Shown here one piece after another: positions 52,685 to 63,625 of a stretch of 64,000 nucleotides of DNA. Position numbers and translations under genes: made by a program. Source of the DNA: Fidelibacterota bacterium (GTDB lineage: Bacteria; Fidelibacterota; UBA8477; JABMPR01). Where the stretch lies: contig JABMOS010000068.1 in NCBI GenBank assembly GCA_013203185.1, positions 19,889 to 83,888 of the forward strand, in the 5' to 3' direction. How positions within the stretch are numbered: position 1 is the stretch's first letter; each line of letters starts with the position of its first letter. The notes below the pieces were generated by a model. That model saw nothing but the letters and a program-made list of their open reading frames with translations. It ran no database searches and had not been told where the DNA came from.

Positions 52685-55477
52685 ATGGAAAATGATCTCT
52701 TTCAAATAAAAAGCACTTTGCAATTAGGTAAAACTCGGTATTCCTATTACAGCCTCACGGAGCTAAAAAAGCAAGGGTATCCCATAGAGAAATTCCCTTT
52801 TTCCATTCGCATTTTATTAGAGAACGCTTTGCGCAATTTTGATGATTTTGCAGTGACCAAAGAGGCCATTGATACCCTTCTGAACTGGAAACCAAAAGGG
52901 TCGGCCAAGGAAATTCCGTTTAAACCAGCCCGTGTTCTGATGCAGGATTTTACCGGAGTTCCAGCCGTAGTGGACATTGCAGCACTGCGCTCGGAAGTAG
53001 CGAGAAAAGGTCATGATCCCAATACCCTTAATCCGCTTATTCCTGTTGATTTGGTGATAGACCACTCGGTACAGGTAGATTACTTCGGCACTGAATATTC
53101 CTATCAACGCAATATAGACGAAGAATACAAACGCAACGCTGAGCGATATCAATTTTTGAAGTGGGCTCAGAAATCCTTCGACAATTTTAGTGTCGTTCCG
53201 CCGGGAATGGGAATCTGCCATCAGGTGAATCTTGAATATCTCTCAAAAGGCGTGATTGAAAGAAATGGAGAAGTATTCCCGGACACATTGGTGGGAACAG
53301 ACAGTCATACCCCAATGGTCAACGGCATTGGCGTTCTGGCCTGGGGTGTTGGTGGCATTGAGGCAGAAGCCGCTATTTTGGGACAACCAATTTATTTTAT
53401 TATGCCTGAAGTTATTGGTCTAAAACTAACTGGCAAACTTCCCCTGGGCTCAACCGCAACAGACCTGGTCTTAACCATTGCCAACTTGCTCCGTGAATTT
53501 GGTGTGGTAGGAAAATTTGTTGAGGTTTTTGGTGCCGGGCTGGATCACCTTTCAGTACCAGACCGAGCAACCATAGGTAATATGTCGCCCGAATTCGGTT
53601 GCACCATCACCTATTTCCCCATTGATGATAAAACCCTGGATTATATGCGGAAAAGCAACCGCCCTGAAGAGCATATAGAATTGGTTGAGTCGTATTGCAA
53701 AGCCAATATGCTCTGGCGGGAGAATGAAGATAAGATCAGCTATACAGCTGTTTTGGAATTAGATCTGTCAACGATAGAGCCTACTGTTGCCGGCCCGAAA
53801 CGCCCACAGGATAAAATTCTCTTAAAAGACTTCAAAAACAGATTTATCGAGTTGCTGGATAAATCGTTTGACCGCAAATACATCATACAGGAAAGCCGTG
53901 AGAACCAACAACCCATAACGACGTGGAATGCGGAAGGAGGAGATCAACCCGTACATAAAGCAGATACCAAATCATTAAAAACAGAAACAGAAGTGCATGA
54001 AAAAGATGGATTAAAGACAGTTTGGATTACACAAAATCAAGAGAAATTCATGCTTTCTGATGGTGCCGTGGCCATAGCAGCTATAACCTCTTGCACCAAT
54101 ACCTCAAATCCATATGTAATGATCGGGGCCGGTCTAGTAGCTCGAAAAGCCAGGGAGCATGGTATTGATGTAAAACCCTGGGTAAAAACGTCGCTTGCAC
54201 CCGGTTCTAAAGTAGTGACCGACTATCTTGAAAAGGCAGATTTAATGAAGGATTTGGAAGCCTTACAATTTCATCTGGTTGGCTATGGCTGTACTTCCTG
54301 TATTGGAAATTCAGGTCCTTTACCTGAGCAAATTGCGAAAGCAATTGATGAACATAATATCGTCGTGGCATCGGTACTTTCCGGAAATCGAAATTTTGAA
54401 GCGAGAATTCACCCTCAGGTTAAAATGAATTTCCTGATGTCTCCCATGCTGGTGGTGGCTTATGCCCTTGCAGGACGTGTGGATATTGATTTGATAAATG
54501 AGCCGCTAAGCTATGATTCCAATCAGGAACCGGTATACCTGAAAAATATTTGGCCCACAAATGATGAAATAAATGAAGTTTTAAACCTGGTATTGTCTCC
54601 TGGCGATTTTGCTAAAAATTATGGTGAAATTTTTGAGGGGAATGAAACCTGGAGAGATCTGAAAGTTCCCACCGGAAAATTGTATGAATGGGACAAGAAT
54701 TCCACCTACATCAAAGAAATTCCATTCTTTCATGATCTTTCTGAACATCCGGAACCACTAAAAAATATTCAAGACGCACGGGCTTTGCTTGTGTTGGGTG
54801 ATAGCATCACCACCGACCATATCTCTCCCGCAGGCGCTTTTAGTCCGGCATCTGCTTCTGGAAGATATTTGTTAGAGCAGGGCGTAAAAAAAGAGGATTT
54901 TAATTCCTATGGATCGCGTAGGGGAAACGATGAAGTGATGGTGCGTGGTACTTTCGCCAATGTTCGCATCAAGAACAAATTGGCAACACAAGAAGGTGGA
55001 TACACTACATTTTTACCTACCGGGGAAGAACTATCTGTATACGATGCTTCTGTAAAATACAAAGATACACATACTCCCTTATTGGTGCTTGCCGGAAAAG
55101 AATATGGTAGTGGCTCCTCCAGGGATTGGGCAGCTAAAGGCACATTCTTATTGGGGATAAAAGCCGTATTGGCTGAAAGTTACGAACGGATCCACAGAAG
55201 TAATTTGGTTGGAATGGGCGTCCTGCCGCTCCAATATAAAAATGGAGAAACTGCCGCAAGCTTAGGGCTATCTGGCAAGGAAGTGTTCTCGATAAGCCGT
55301 ATGGCAGAGGATCTTAAGCCGTTGAAAAAAGTCCAGATAATCGCCAAAAATGAGCTGGGGGAAGAAAAGAAATTCCATGCAATCGCCCGTCTCGATTCCA
55401 AAATAGAAATTGAATACTACCGGCATGGCGGCATACTGCAATATGTGTTGAGACGTTTTTTACAAAAGGAGGATTAA
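52685..55477 (+). CDS. acnA: aconitate hydratase A
   Basis: 930 aa with PARVLMQDFTGVPAVVD, VIDHSVQVD, PPGMGICHQVNLE, GTDSHT, ITSCTNTSNP, GCTSCIGNSGPL, LSGNRNFE.R, GDSITTDHISPAG and GSSRDWAAKG. Full-length AcnA/IRP pattern. Confidence 0.95.
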   Translation: MENDLFQIKSTLQLGKTRYSYYSLTELKKQGYPIEKFPFSIRILLENALRNFDDFAVTKEAIDTLLNWKPKGSAKEIPFKPARVLMQDFTGVPAVVDIAALRSEVARKGHDPNTLNPLIPVDLVIDHSVQVDYFGTEYSYQRNIDEEYKRNAERYQFLKWAQKSFDNFSVVPPGMGICHQVNLEYLSKGVIERNGEVFPDTLVGTDSHTPMVNGIGVLAWGVGGIEAEAAILGQPIYFIMPEVIGLKLTGKLPLGSTATDLVLTIANLLREFGVVGKFVEVFGAGLDHLSVPDRATIGNMSPEFGCTITYFPIDDKTLDYMRKSNRPEEHIELVESYCKANMLWRENEDKISYTAVLELDLSTIEPTVAGPKRPQDKILLKDFKNRFIELLDKSFDRKYIIQESRENQQPITTWNAEGGDQPVHKADTKSLKTETEVHEKDGLKTVWITQNQEKFMLSDGAVAIAAITSCTNTSNPYVMIGAGLVARKAREHGIDVKPWVKTSLAPGSKVVTDYLEKADLMKDLEALQFHLVGYGCTSCIGNSGPLPEQIAKAIDEHNIVVASVLSGNRNFEARIHPQVKMNFLMSPMLVVAYALAGRVDIDLINEPLSYDSNQEPVYLKNIWPTNDEINEVLNLVLSPGDFAKNYGEIFEGNETWRDLKVPTGKLYEWDKNSTYIKEIPFFHDLSEHPEPLKNIQDARALLVLGDSITTDHISPAGAFSPASASGRYLLEQGVKKEDFNSYGSRRGNDEVMVRGTFANVRIKNKLATQEGGYTTFLPTGEELSVYDASVKYKDTHTPLLVLAGKEYGSGSSRDWAAKGTFLLGIKAVLAESYERIHRSNLVGMGVLPLQYKNGETAASLGLSGKEVFSISRMAEDLKPLKKVQIIAKNELGEEKKFHAIARLDSKIEIEYYRHGGILQYVLRRFLQKED

Positions 55478-55577
55478 CTAATTATTTTGTTAACACTAAA
55501 TCCTGGAGAAAACGAATCAAGACCGTTACAGCCAAGCTTCAACCAGATGATGTGAAAGTAATAATACAGGCAAAAAG

Positions 55578-56984
55578 ATGAATGATATGAAATATAGAAT
55601 TGAAAAAGATACAATGGGTGAATTAAAAGTGCCTGAAAATTGTTACTGGGGTGCTCAAACAGAACGTTCGCGCAATAATTTTAACATTGGTCCTGAAGGC
55701 TCTATGCCCAAAGAGATCATTCATGCTTTTGCTTATTTGAAAAAAGCAGCAGCGATGACAAATCATCAATTAGGTGTGTTAGCTGCCGACAAACAGAAAC
55801 TGATAGTAAAGGTATGTAATGAAATCATTGCCGGTAAGCTGGACAAGGAGTTCCCTCTGGTTATCTGGCAAACTGGTTCAGGGACACAATCCAATATGAA
55901 TATAAACGAAGTAATTGCCAATCGGGCGCACGTGATGCAAGGTCATAGATTGGGAGAGGGCACACTATATATTCATCCCAATGATGATGTCAATAAATCA
56001 CAATCATCCAATGATACTTTTTCATCTGCCATGCATCTAGCCACTTATAAGCTGGTGATGGAAAATACTATTCCCGGGATAGAAATATTGATAGATACAT
56101 TGCAGAGTAAATCGCAAGATTTCAAAAGTATTGTTAAAATCGGTCGTACTCACTTCATGGATGCTACGCCATTAACCTTAGGTCAAGAATTTTCAGGTTA
56201 TGCACAACAACTAGTTAATGGTATCAGGACCATCAAAAATGCCCTGAAATCAGCTCGCGAATTAGCCCTGGGAGGAACAGCTGTTGGCACAGGACTAAAC
56301 GCTCCCAAAAGATATGATTTATTAGTAGCAGAAAAAATTGCAGAACTCACCGGCTTTCCATTTATTACTGCCCCCAATAAATTTGAAGCCATCGCTGCAC
56401 ACGACGCCATGGTTGAATTATCTGGAGCATTAAAACGTTGTGCAGTTTCGTTGATGAAAATAGGAAATGATATACGCATGTTGAGTTCTGGTCCACGTTG
56501 TGGCATAGGAGAGCTAATTATTCCAGAAAATGAACCGGGTTCATCTATCATGCCCGGTAAAGTGAATCCCACACAAGCTGAAGCGTTAACAATGGTCTGT
56601 GCCCAAATAATGGGAAATGATGTAACCGTATCTATCGGTGGTTCAAACGGCCACTTTGAATTAAATGCGTTTAAACCGCTTATTGCCGCCAATGTATTGC
56701 AATCAGCTCGTTTGATAGGTGATGCCTGTGTTTCATTTAACAATCAGTGCGCAGTGGGCATTCGCCCCAATAACCCCAGAATTAAACAACATCTTGAAAA
56801 TTCTCTTATGCTGGTAACGGCTCTTAACACGCACATAGGATATGAAAAAGCCGCTAAAATTGTTAAGAAAGCACAGGCAGAGAATAAAACATTGCAGCAA
56901 GCAGCAATAGAACTCAAGCTTGTGACCAACAAGCAATTTGATGAATGGGTGAAGCCAGAAGATATGTGTGGGGGCACAGATTAG
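55578..56984 (+). CDS. fumC: class II fumarate hydratase
   Basis: The motifs [10 protein letters not shown]....[39 protein letters not shown] and the signature [11 protein letters not shown], with length 468 aa. Confidence 0.95.
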   Translation: MNDMKYRIEKDTMGELKVPENCYWGAQTERSRNNFNIGPEGSMPKEIIHAFAYLKKAAAMTNHQLGVLAADKQKLIVKVCNEIIAGKLDKEFPLVIWQTGSGTQSNMNINEVIANRAHVMQGHRLGEGTLYIHPNDDVNKSQSSNDTFSSAMHLATYKLVMENTIPGIEILIDTLQSKSQDFKSIVKIGRTHFMDATPLTLGQEFSGYAQQLVNGIRTIKNALKSARELALGGTAVGTGLNAPKRYDLLVAEKIAELTGFPFITAPNKFEAIAAHDAMVELSGALKRCAVSLMKIGNDIRMLSSGPRCGIGELIIPENEPGSSIMPGKVNPTQAEALTMVCAQIMGNDVTVSIGGSNGHFELNAFKPLIAANVLQSARLIGDACVSFNNQCAVGIRPNNPRIKQHLENSLMLVTALNTHIGYEKAAKIVKKAQAENKTLQQAAIELKLVTNKQFDEWVKPEDMCGGTD

Positions 56985-57042
56985 ATGGTGTTCTAGCTAC
57001 TTTCTCCAGACAATCAATCAGATCATAGGAGCGAAGGTTGGA

Positions 57043-58374
57043 ATGAGGCCGCAGATTACAAATAAAACTTACTCTCCAGATTGTTCCACGGGTGCGAGGA
57101 TATGTCTTCCTGATACGCAGTTCCCAAGATTGGTAATCATTGGCGGAGGTTTTGCTGGATTGGCTTTGGTCGAGGGTCTCAAAAACCTAAATATCCAGAT
57201 CGTGTTGATTGATCGTAACAATTTTCATCAATTTCAGCCCCTGCTCTATCAGGTTGCCACCAGTGGTTTAGAGCCAGATAGTATCGTTTTTCCATATCGG
57301 AAGCAAATATCAGGCTATCCGAATACCATCTTTCGCATGGCAGATGTTCAAGATATCAAGCCATCAACAAATACCGTCATCACCAATAAGGGAAGCATAA
57401 GTTATGATTACCTGGTATTGGCGACGGGTACTACCAATAATTTCTTTGGGATGACCGAGCTTGAGGAGAATAGCATAGGGCTCAAGGATATCCGCGATTC
57501 CATAAACATCCGCCACAGGATGCTACACAACCTGGAGCAAGCGGCAATTACTTGTGATGCTGCTGAGCAGGACGCTCTCACCAATTTTGTGATAGTAGGT
57601 GGCGGTCCCGCAGGAGTGGAGATGGCTGGAGCTTTGGCGGAATTTTGTAAATTCATCCTACCCAAAGATTATCCAGAATATCCATCCTCCATCATGAAGA
57701 TTTATCTGATGGAGGCATCTGATAAAATACTGCCTGCAATGTCTGACAAAGCATCATCTGAAGCCCTGAAATACTTAAGACAAATGGATGTACAGGTAAT
57801 TCTGAAAGAAATGGTTACCGGATTCGATGGTCTTAATGTGACAACCAAAGACAATAAAACCATCCTGGCAAAAAATATGATCTGGACTGCTGGTGTGAAA
57901 GGGCAGTTCCCCAACGGTCTTGCTGTTCAAAATAACATTGCAAGTGGAAATCGATTAAAAGTGGATCAGTATCTGAAACTTGAAGGACATGCTAATATTT
58001 TTGCTGCGGGGGATATTGCTGCCGTGATTAACGGAGCGACATCAGTCGCACACCCTCAAGTGGCTCAAGTTGCTATTCAGCAGGGCAGGTACCTTGCTCA
58101 TTCATTGCAACATATTCTAAAACAACAGCCATCAAAGCCCTTCATCTACAAAGATAAAGGGACCATGGCAACAGTTGGGAAACGAAGGGCAGTAGCAGAT
58201 ATAGGACTATTTGAATTTTCTGGCTATTTCGCGTGGTTATTGTGGTCATTAGTTCATTTAGTCTCTATTAGCGGTTTTAAAAATAAGCTCATGGTCGGCT
58301 TGAATTGGGTCCTGAGCTATATTTCCTATGATAAGAGTAATCGGTTAATTATTACAGATTCAAAGATCAAATAA
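57043..58374 (+). CDS. ndh: type II NADH dehydrogenase (NDH-2)
   Basis: The motifs RLVIIGGGFAGL, FQPLLYQVAT, LVLATG, FVIVGGGPAGVE and AAGDIA. The track ORF starts at 56968 inside fumC. The ATG at 57043 (MRPQITN), preceded by AGGAG, is preferred. Confidence 0.85.
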   Translation: MRPQITNKTYSPDCSTGARICLPDTQFPRLVIIGGGFAGLALVEGLKNLNIQIVLIDRNNFHQFQPLLYQVATSGLEPDSIVFPYRKQISGYPNTIFRMADVQDIKPSTNTVITNKGSISYDYLVLATGTTNNFFGMTELEENSIGLKDIRDSINIRHRMLHNLEQAAITCDAAEQDALTNFVIVGGGPAGVEMAGALAEFCKFILPKDYPEYPSSIMKIYLMEASDKILPAMSDKASSEALKYLRQMDVQVILKEMVTGFDGLNVTTKDNKTILAKNMIWTAGVKGQFPNGLAVQNNIASGNRLKVDQYLKLEGHANIFAAGDIAAVINGATSVAHPQVAQVAIQQGRYLAHSLQHILKQQPSKPFIYKDKGTMATVGKRRAVADIGLFEFSGYFAWLLWSLVHLVSISGFKNKLMVGLNWVLSYISYDKSNRLIITDSKIK

Positions 58375-58473
58375 AAACATAAACAACCACCTAATGATTC
58401 CCAGCTAATGGGGCTGCCTGTCTGCCAGACTTCATACCGGCCTCATCAATCTCATGGTGGAAAAACCCCTTAT

Positions 58474-58550
58474 GAGGTCATGAAGTGTCTCTTAACTTAA
58501 ACGACAAATACTCCGGTGGGTATTGACGTATCACAAAGTACGAGTTTCAA
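58474..58550. repeat. intergenic repeat R1, copy B (homologous to 47899..47975)
   Basis: See copy A. It lies about 100 nt upstream of the ferredoxin gene, in the same orientation relative to the downstream gene as copy A is to czcD. Confidence 0.8.
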
Positions 58551-58649
58551 AATTGAGCAGGGAGCACAATGTAAAGTACACAAAATACTGGTCCGCATAA
58601 GAGCCATTACAGGAGCGTGTACAAATAAAAATAACATAAAAGGAATAAT

Positions 58650-58949
58650 ATGTCATACGTTATAACAGATATATGTAAAGGCACATGTGACACAGCATGT
58701 GTAGATGTTTGTCCAGTAGATTGCATACACGGCCCATTTGAGAAAGACGATATGGGTCAAGGTGCAAGAGATATGAAGGCAGAGGGAAAAAGTATAGAAG
58801 GGTTGCAACTATATATTGATCCTGAAGTGTGTATCAACTGCGGAGCTTGTGAGCCAGAATGTCCAGTAGATGCGATATTTGAAGAGGATGAACTTCCCGA
58901 AGAGCATAACAAATCAATCATTGAGAATGCTAAATTTTTCACTGAGTAG
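58650..58949 (+). CDS. FdxA-like bacterial ferredoxin (two Fe-S cluster motifs)
   Basis: 99 aa with MSYVITDIC.G.CD.ACVDVCPVDCIH and LYIDPEVCINCGACEPECPVDAIF. AAAGGA lies upstream of the ATG. Confidence 0.85.
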   Translation: MSYVITDICKGTCDTACVDVCPVDCIHGPFEKDDMGQGARDMKAEGKSIEGLQLYIDPEVCINCGACEPECPVDAIFEEDELPEEHNKSIIENAKFFTE

Positions 58950-59473
58950 TAATTTCAGGTAAGTGAGGATATTAGGACACACACTTTAACTTTTAAAGGC
59001 TCGACACGCAGAATTAGGCTGCCACATTTTGTACAATTACTTTTGCCATGTTCCTTAAGTCGTTTAGTCACTCTATCTTAAATGTGGAGCAACGTATATT
59101 ATTTCTCCAGCATAACAAGTAAAACAACCGAGTAAGCGATTCAGGCCAGTGTTTTACACTTGAAGACCTAATACACCCAGACATCAACATCGTTCCGGGA
59201 ATTCTTGCGGATGTTTAATAAGAATTGATCTCGGTCTCGACTATGGCTCTGACTGTGATGTAAAGCAGGTAGTTGTGCTTTAGGTGTTGCATAAACCGTC
59301 ATTTATGAGACCAATTTCCTATAACAAGCTAAACTCTCACAAACCCGACATATAAAGTCTCAAAACCCAACTCAAAATCAAAGTATCAATATCATCTACT
59401 AAACAACCTTCTCGAGACCCGCTTTCAGAACCGTATTCAAGGACGAAGACTAACCATTACAGCATTAATACAG

Positions 59474-59686
59474 TAGTGTCAAAGAATATGGCATGTGCTG
59501 GCGTGATTTGTCTCATTTATCATGAGATACGAAGTACGATCAGATATTTACGGATATGTTCTAAATATTGTGCAGTAGGGTGTTACGAGTGTACCCGGGG
59601 CCGGAATCGAACCGGCACGGCTTTCATGTCGCGGCGAAGTCTAAGGACGTAGCCGGAAAGGGCCGAGGGATTTTAAGTCCTGAATA
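59474..59686. repeat. intergenic repeat R2, copy B (homologous to 49126..49357); minus strand carries GCCGGTTCGATTCCGGC-CCCGGGTA (T-arm plus acceptor-like 3' end)
   Basis: The core is 59589..59686. The reverse complement reads ..AGGACTTAAAATCCCTCGGCCCTTTCCGGCTACGTCCTTAGACTTCGCCGCGACATGAAAGCCGTGCCGGTTCGATTCCGGCCCCGGGTACA. No matching 5' acceptor strand or D-arm is found upstream, so it is not a complete tRNA gene. Confidence 0.8.
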
Positions 59687-59942
59687 TATCGTTGATACTC
59701 AGTAGGTTACAGCAATTGTGTCAAAATAATCTAGTGCAGTATTCGAGCAAAAGGTACTGATGAAGATGGATGTTCATCGCGTATGTGACCCCCTCGTTAA
59801 ACCAGTTGCTTGACTAGCAGGAGGCTTACCGTTATATGTGCATTAAATAAAAGGTTCCCATAAAAGAGATTATGATGTAAGTCCCTAGTCACTCAATAAT
59901 TTATGAACCTCAATAGTTACCTAGGGGCCAAGAAAATTATAA

Positions 59943-62900
59943 TTGAGTGACAATAATTCCCTGTGTGAAATACACAACCCAATTATATTCTATCTCCATA
60001 AACACACACATCGGGGGTCACAGCTGACCAGATTTAAATACAGATATCTTGTACTTGTCCTTTTATACATCTCAAATCTAGGTGCGCTTGAAGAGAATTC
60101 GAGATATCATTTTACAAATATTGGCCTTGAAGAAGGACTCTCCAATAGAGCAGTCTCCAGCATTCTAAGAGACAGCAAAGGGTTCATGTGGTTTGGTACG
60201 CGGAACGGGCTCAACCGTTGGGATGGAAAGCACATGCGTATTTTCCATCACAATATCTTTGATTCTTTAAGCCTGCCAAGTCCAAGTGTGACTGCATTGG
60301 CTGAAGCTCCGGATGGGATTATTTGGATAGGCAGTAACGATAAAGGATTGGCCTCCTTCGACCCCAGAACAGAACTATTTAATCGATATGTGCATGATTC
60401 AAGTGATCCAAGATCTTTAGTTGACAATAATATCACAGTATTAAAAATTGATGCTAATGGGAACCTATGGGTGGGTACTCAAAATGGACTTTGTCGCCTT
60501 GATTTCGAGTCTGGAAATTTTACTCAATATCAACATCACCCAGGTACTGAACTCTCAATACCTCATAACAGCATAACTGCTCTAGAAGTGGATAAAAAAG
60601 GGATGTTGTGGGCTGGAACAGAACTGGGATGGTTGTGTAGCTATGATCCAGGTCTAAATGGATTTAAAACTGTACAGAATAAAAGACTTTCGCCTATTCG
60701 TGCAGGAACCAATATAATCACCGATATTTGTGTGGATCCATCAAATAACACCCTTTGGGTGAGCATGTTTCCGTTGGGTTTACTTAATTATTCCATTGCG
60801 GGAGGAAATGTCAAATCTTTTGGTGCTACTTCTGACGATCAACACATGGTGAATAAAAATGCTATCTATGCGCTTGACATGGATGCAAAGGGTGATGTTT
60901 GGATTGCTAGCATAAACGGCGTTACGAAATTTGATCCTGAGAATGAGAGTTATCAGTATTTTGTACCCGATAATAAAGATCCAAATAGTATCGAGGGGAA
61001 AGAAATTAGCAGTCTCATGATTGATTCTCAGGGGATTATATGGACTGCTTCACATAGCGATGGTGTAGATGTTTGTAACCCAAATCAACTTCGAATTCAA
61101 CACTTCAAAGCTTCTCAAAATAATGAGCTGCCATTGCAGATTGATAGAATCACTGGAATGGATCTTGACTTAGAGAATCGTTTATGGATGTCTGGTGCAC
61201 CAGGAGGATTCCAACGTATAGATCTTTCAACCGGTGAGGTCAAGCTATTTCAAACTGATGATACTGATCCTGGCGTTTGGAGTATGACTTATGCCACGAA
61301 GGTGATGGTGGATTCGCATGGACGTGTATGGATGGGTACCTATGGAGCTGGATTATTCCGTTGGGAACCCATCAGTGATAGGCTTGAGCATTATCGAAAT
61401 TTGCCAAATAATAACAGCCGACAGAGTAATAATACTAGCTATTCACTTTATGAAACCAGGGATAGCACAATCTGGGTTGGAACCCAGGGTGGGGGCTTGA
61501 ATCGCTATCGACCGGAGTCAGATGATTTTGAATATATTCGACACGATCCCAATGATCCAACATCCCTTGGAAGTGACAAAATATTCACCATGCTAGAAGA
61601 CCGGCGCGGTGAAATATGGATTGGAACTAGCGATGCAGGACTTGACCGATTGGATAGACATTCTGGTAAATTCCAGCACTATAGCGTAACAAAGCAATCC
61701 AATAGTATCAGTAGTAATATAATCCTGACCTTATATGAAGATGGCCATTCAAATCTTTGGATTGGAACCCGGGGAGGTGGACTCTGTCTGTTAGATAGTG
61801 CCCGCCAGGATTTTACACAGATCAATCTGGGACCCAACGCTGGACAGATCGAGATCAAGGGAATACTCGAAGATGCGCATGGGCTATTATGGATGAGCTC
61901 AAACATGGGAATTCTCAAGTATCATCCTACTCAGGGACTCATCGGGACTTTCAAACAGTCCGATGGTGTTCAGGGGCTTGAATTTAACTGGGATTCATGT
62001 TTAAAAGATGCAAATGGTTTTATGTATTTTGGGGGCTTAAATGGACTCAATCGATTTCATCCAGATTCTATAGCTTTGAATAAGCATATCCCAAATGTGG
62101 TTTTTACAAATCTTTGGATCAATCACGAAAGGGTAAATGTAAGAGATAAAACGGGTGAACAGTCAGTTTTACCCAAAGCAATTGAATTTCTGGATACACT
62201 GAACCTGAGTTACCGTGATAAGGTGCTCAGATTTGAATTTGTAGCATTGGATTACTCGAACCCTCAACTCAACCAATACAAGTATAAGCTTGAAAATTTC
62301 GATCCTGAATGGGTTGAAATAGGAAATCAAAACGAAGTAACCTACACCAGTCTTGATCCAGGCTGGTATACGCTCCGGATTAAAGCATCCAACAATGACC
62401 AGGTTTGGAATCAAGAAGGGACACAGTTAGCCATTTTCATTAAACCACCTTTCTGGCAGACTCTGTGGTTCAGGATATTATCGGCCCTGTTCATGCTTGT
62501 GATGTTCCTGCTAATCATGTGGTTACGAACCATAAGACTGAGGGCACAAAACAAACAGTTAGAAATTTTGGTTCGCCAACGCACTGAAGAGTTAAAAATA
62601 GAAATAGAGGGCAGGGCTAAAGCTAAGCTTGAACATCTGCGACGAGAACTTCTGACTAAGACCATGCACTTAAATGACAAGCAGCAAATCGTAGAACAAG
62701 TACATGCGGATCTAGAATTAATAACCAAAAGTAATATTGAGAATTCAGTGACAAGCTTGAAGAAGGTGCTGCGGTTTTTGAAATCTCAGCTAGTGGGACA
62801 GACCGGCTGGCAGGATTTTGAGCTTTGGTTTACAGAGGTCCACGCTGGTTTTTTTGACGCCTTACGAGAGCGCTATTCTGACCTCTCTGAAACTGAATTG

Positions 62901-63059
62901 AAGGTGTGTGCTTTACTAAGATTAAACCTTTTGTCAAAAGATATTTCCAAGGTCATGAACATCCAATCTGCATCAGTTGATACCTATAGATTTCGTATTC
63001 GCAAAAAACTGAATCTGCAGAATGAGGAAAATTTAACTACCTTTTTATCTCAATTCTAA
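59943..63059 (+). CDS. two-component-regulator-propeller / Y_Y_Y domain sensor fused to a LuxR-type HTH
   Basis: - Repeated propeller motifs (WFGT.NGLNR.D, LWVGTQNGLCRLD, IWIGTSDAGLDRLD, LWIGTRGGGL).
- An Ig-like Y_Y_Y region (YKYKLENFDPEWVE..YTSLDPGWYTLRIKA).
- One TM helix (WFRILSALFMLVMFLLIMWL) and a coiled coil.
- A C-terminal GerE/LuxR HTH (LSETELKVCALLRLNLLSKDISKVMNIQSASVDTYRFRIRKKL).
- No ATG occurs in the first ~80 codons, so the start (TTG 59943 in the track) is uncertain. Confidence 0.8.
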   Translation: MSDNNSLCEIHNPIIFYLHKHTHRGSQLTRFKYRYLVLVLLYISNLGALEENSRYHFTNIGLEEGLSNRAVSSILRDSKGFMWFGTRNGLNRWDGKHMRIFHHNIFDSLSLPSPSVTALAEAPDGIIWIGSNDKGLASFDPRTELFNRYVHDSSDPRSLVDNNITVLKIDANGNLWVGTQNGLCRLDFESGNFTQYQHHPGTELSIPHNSITALEVDKKGMLWAGTELGWLCSYDPGLNGFKTVQNKRLSPIRAGTNIITDICVDPSNNTLWVSMFPLGLLNYSIAGGNVKSFGATSDDQHMVNKNAIYALDMDAKGDVWIASINGVTKFDPENESYQYFVPDNKDPNSIEGKEISSLMIDSQGIIWTASHSDGVDVCNPNQLRIQHFKASQNNELPLQIDRITGMDLDLENRLWMSGAPGGFQRIDLSTGEVKLFQTDDTDPGVWSMTYATKVMVDSHGRVWMGTYGAGLFRWEPISDRLEHYRNLPNNNSRQSNNTSYSLYETRDSTIWVGTQGGGLNRYRPESDDFEYIRHDPNDPTSLGSDKIFTMLEDRRGEIWIGTSDAGLDRLDRHSGKFQHYSVTKQSNSISSNIILTLYEDGHSNLWIGTRGGGLCLLDSARQDFTQINLGPNAGQIEIKGILEDAHGLLWMSSNMGILKYHPTQGLIGTFKQSDGVQGLEFNWDSCLKDANGFMYFGGLNGLNRFHPDSIALNKHIPNVVFTNLWINHERVNVRDKTGEQSVLPKAIEFLDTLNLSYRDKVLRFEFVALDYSNPQLNQYKYKLENFDPEWVEIGNQNEVTYTSLDPGWYTLRIKASNNDQVWNQEGTQLAIFIKPPFWQTLWFRILSALFMLVMFLLIMWLRTIRLRAQNKQLEILVRQRTEELKIEIEGRAKAKLEHLRRELLTKTMHLNDKQQIVEQVHADLELITKSNIENSVTSLKKVLRFLKSQLVGQTGWQDFELWFTEVHAGFFDALRERYSDLSETELKVCALLRLNLLSKDISKVMNIQSASVDTYRFRIRKKLNLQNEENLTTFLSQF

Positions 63060-63173
63060 TCCATCATTAAAAATAGACTCCTCAAGGATCTCAATATCAG
63101 TTGTTGAGACTTTGTCTAGATGTCTAATGCTTGCAAAACGTTTAGTTTTCAGTATGAAAATTCAAAATGAAAC

Positions 63174-63590
63174 TTGGCGGTTGGTGTGAGCTCACGAGGG
63201 AAAATACTAATCCTGTGGAATGACACAAAGACGGTACAATCCATTCAGGATCAATTGGCAGGTGACTTTGAAATCATCCTTGATCAAGATGTTGGCAATG
63301 GTTACGAACAGGCTCTCCATTTTCAACCAGACTGCATCCTTGCGGATATCCCATTAGATAATTTGGCAGGTATCAACATGCTCAAGAAAATCAGAAATAC
63401 ATCCGGTCTTGAATCAGCCGGCTTGCTGTTGCTTACAGATCGAAATGAGAACAGATACGCTTCTCCCATAGAAGGCCTGGATGTAGATCTGTGCATAGCA
63501 AAACCATACTTAATTGAAGAACTAACCGCAGCGTTAATTGGAATGATTCAAGTTCATAGACGTTGCCAAAAGTTATTGACTACAGAATAA
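63174..63590 (+). CDS. stand-alone receiver (REC) domain protein
   Basis: The motifs ILILWND, ILADIPL (Asp), LLLLTD and IAKPY give a CheY-like fold pattern. The start is uncertain (TTG 63174 or GTG 63186). Confidence 0.6.
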   Translation: MAVGVSSRGKILILWNDTKTVQSIQDQLAGDFEIILDQDVGNGYEQALHFQPDCILADIPLDNLAGINMLKKIRNTSGLESAGLLLLTDRNENRYASPIEGLDVDLCIAKPYLIEELTAALIGMIQVHRRCQKLLTTE

Positions 63591-63625
63591 GTAACTAAAA
63601 TAGAAAACAGCTGAAGGAGAATCAC

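Noticed and set aside
56968-57042. The track start of the ndh ORF at 56968, overlapping the end of fumC.
   Set aside because: The N-terminal extension ([18 protein letters not shown]..) is non-homologous and overlaps the fumC stop region. The ATG at 57043 has an AGGAG upstream and puts the GGGFAG dinucleotide fold at the normal distance from the N-terminus.
59589-59686. Calling the R2 core a tRNA-Leu(UAA) gene, or the 3' end of tmRNA, on the minus strand.
   Set aside because: A T-arm and an acceptor-like 3' strand are present. However, there is no complementary 5' acceptor strand and no D-arm. About 50 nt separate the anticodon-like loop from the T-arm. The terminal bases do not fit the tmRNA G-U/ACCA pattern. 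Copy A also lacks an intact T-arm.
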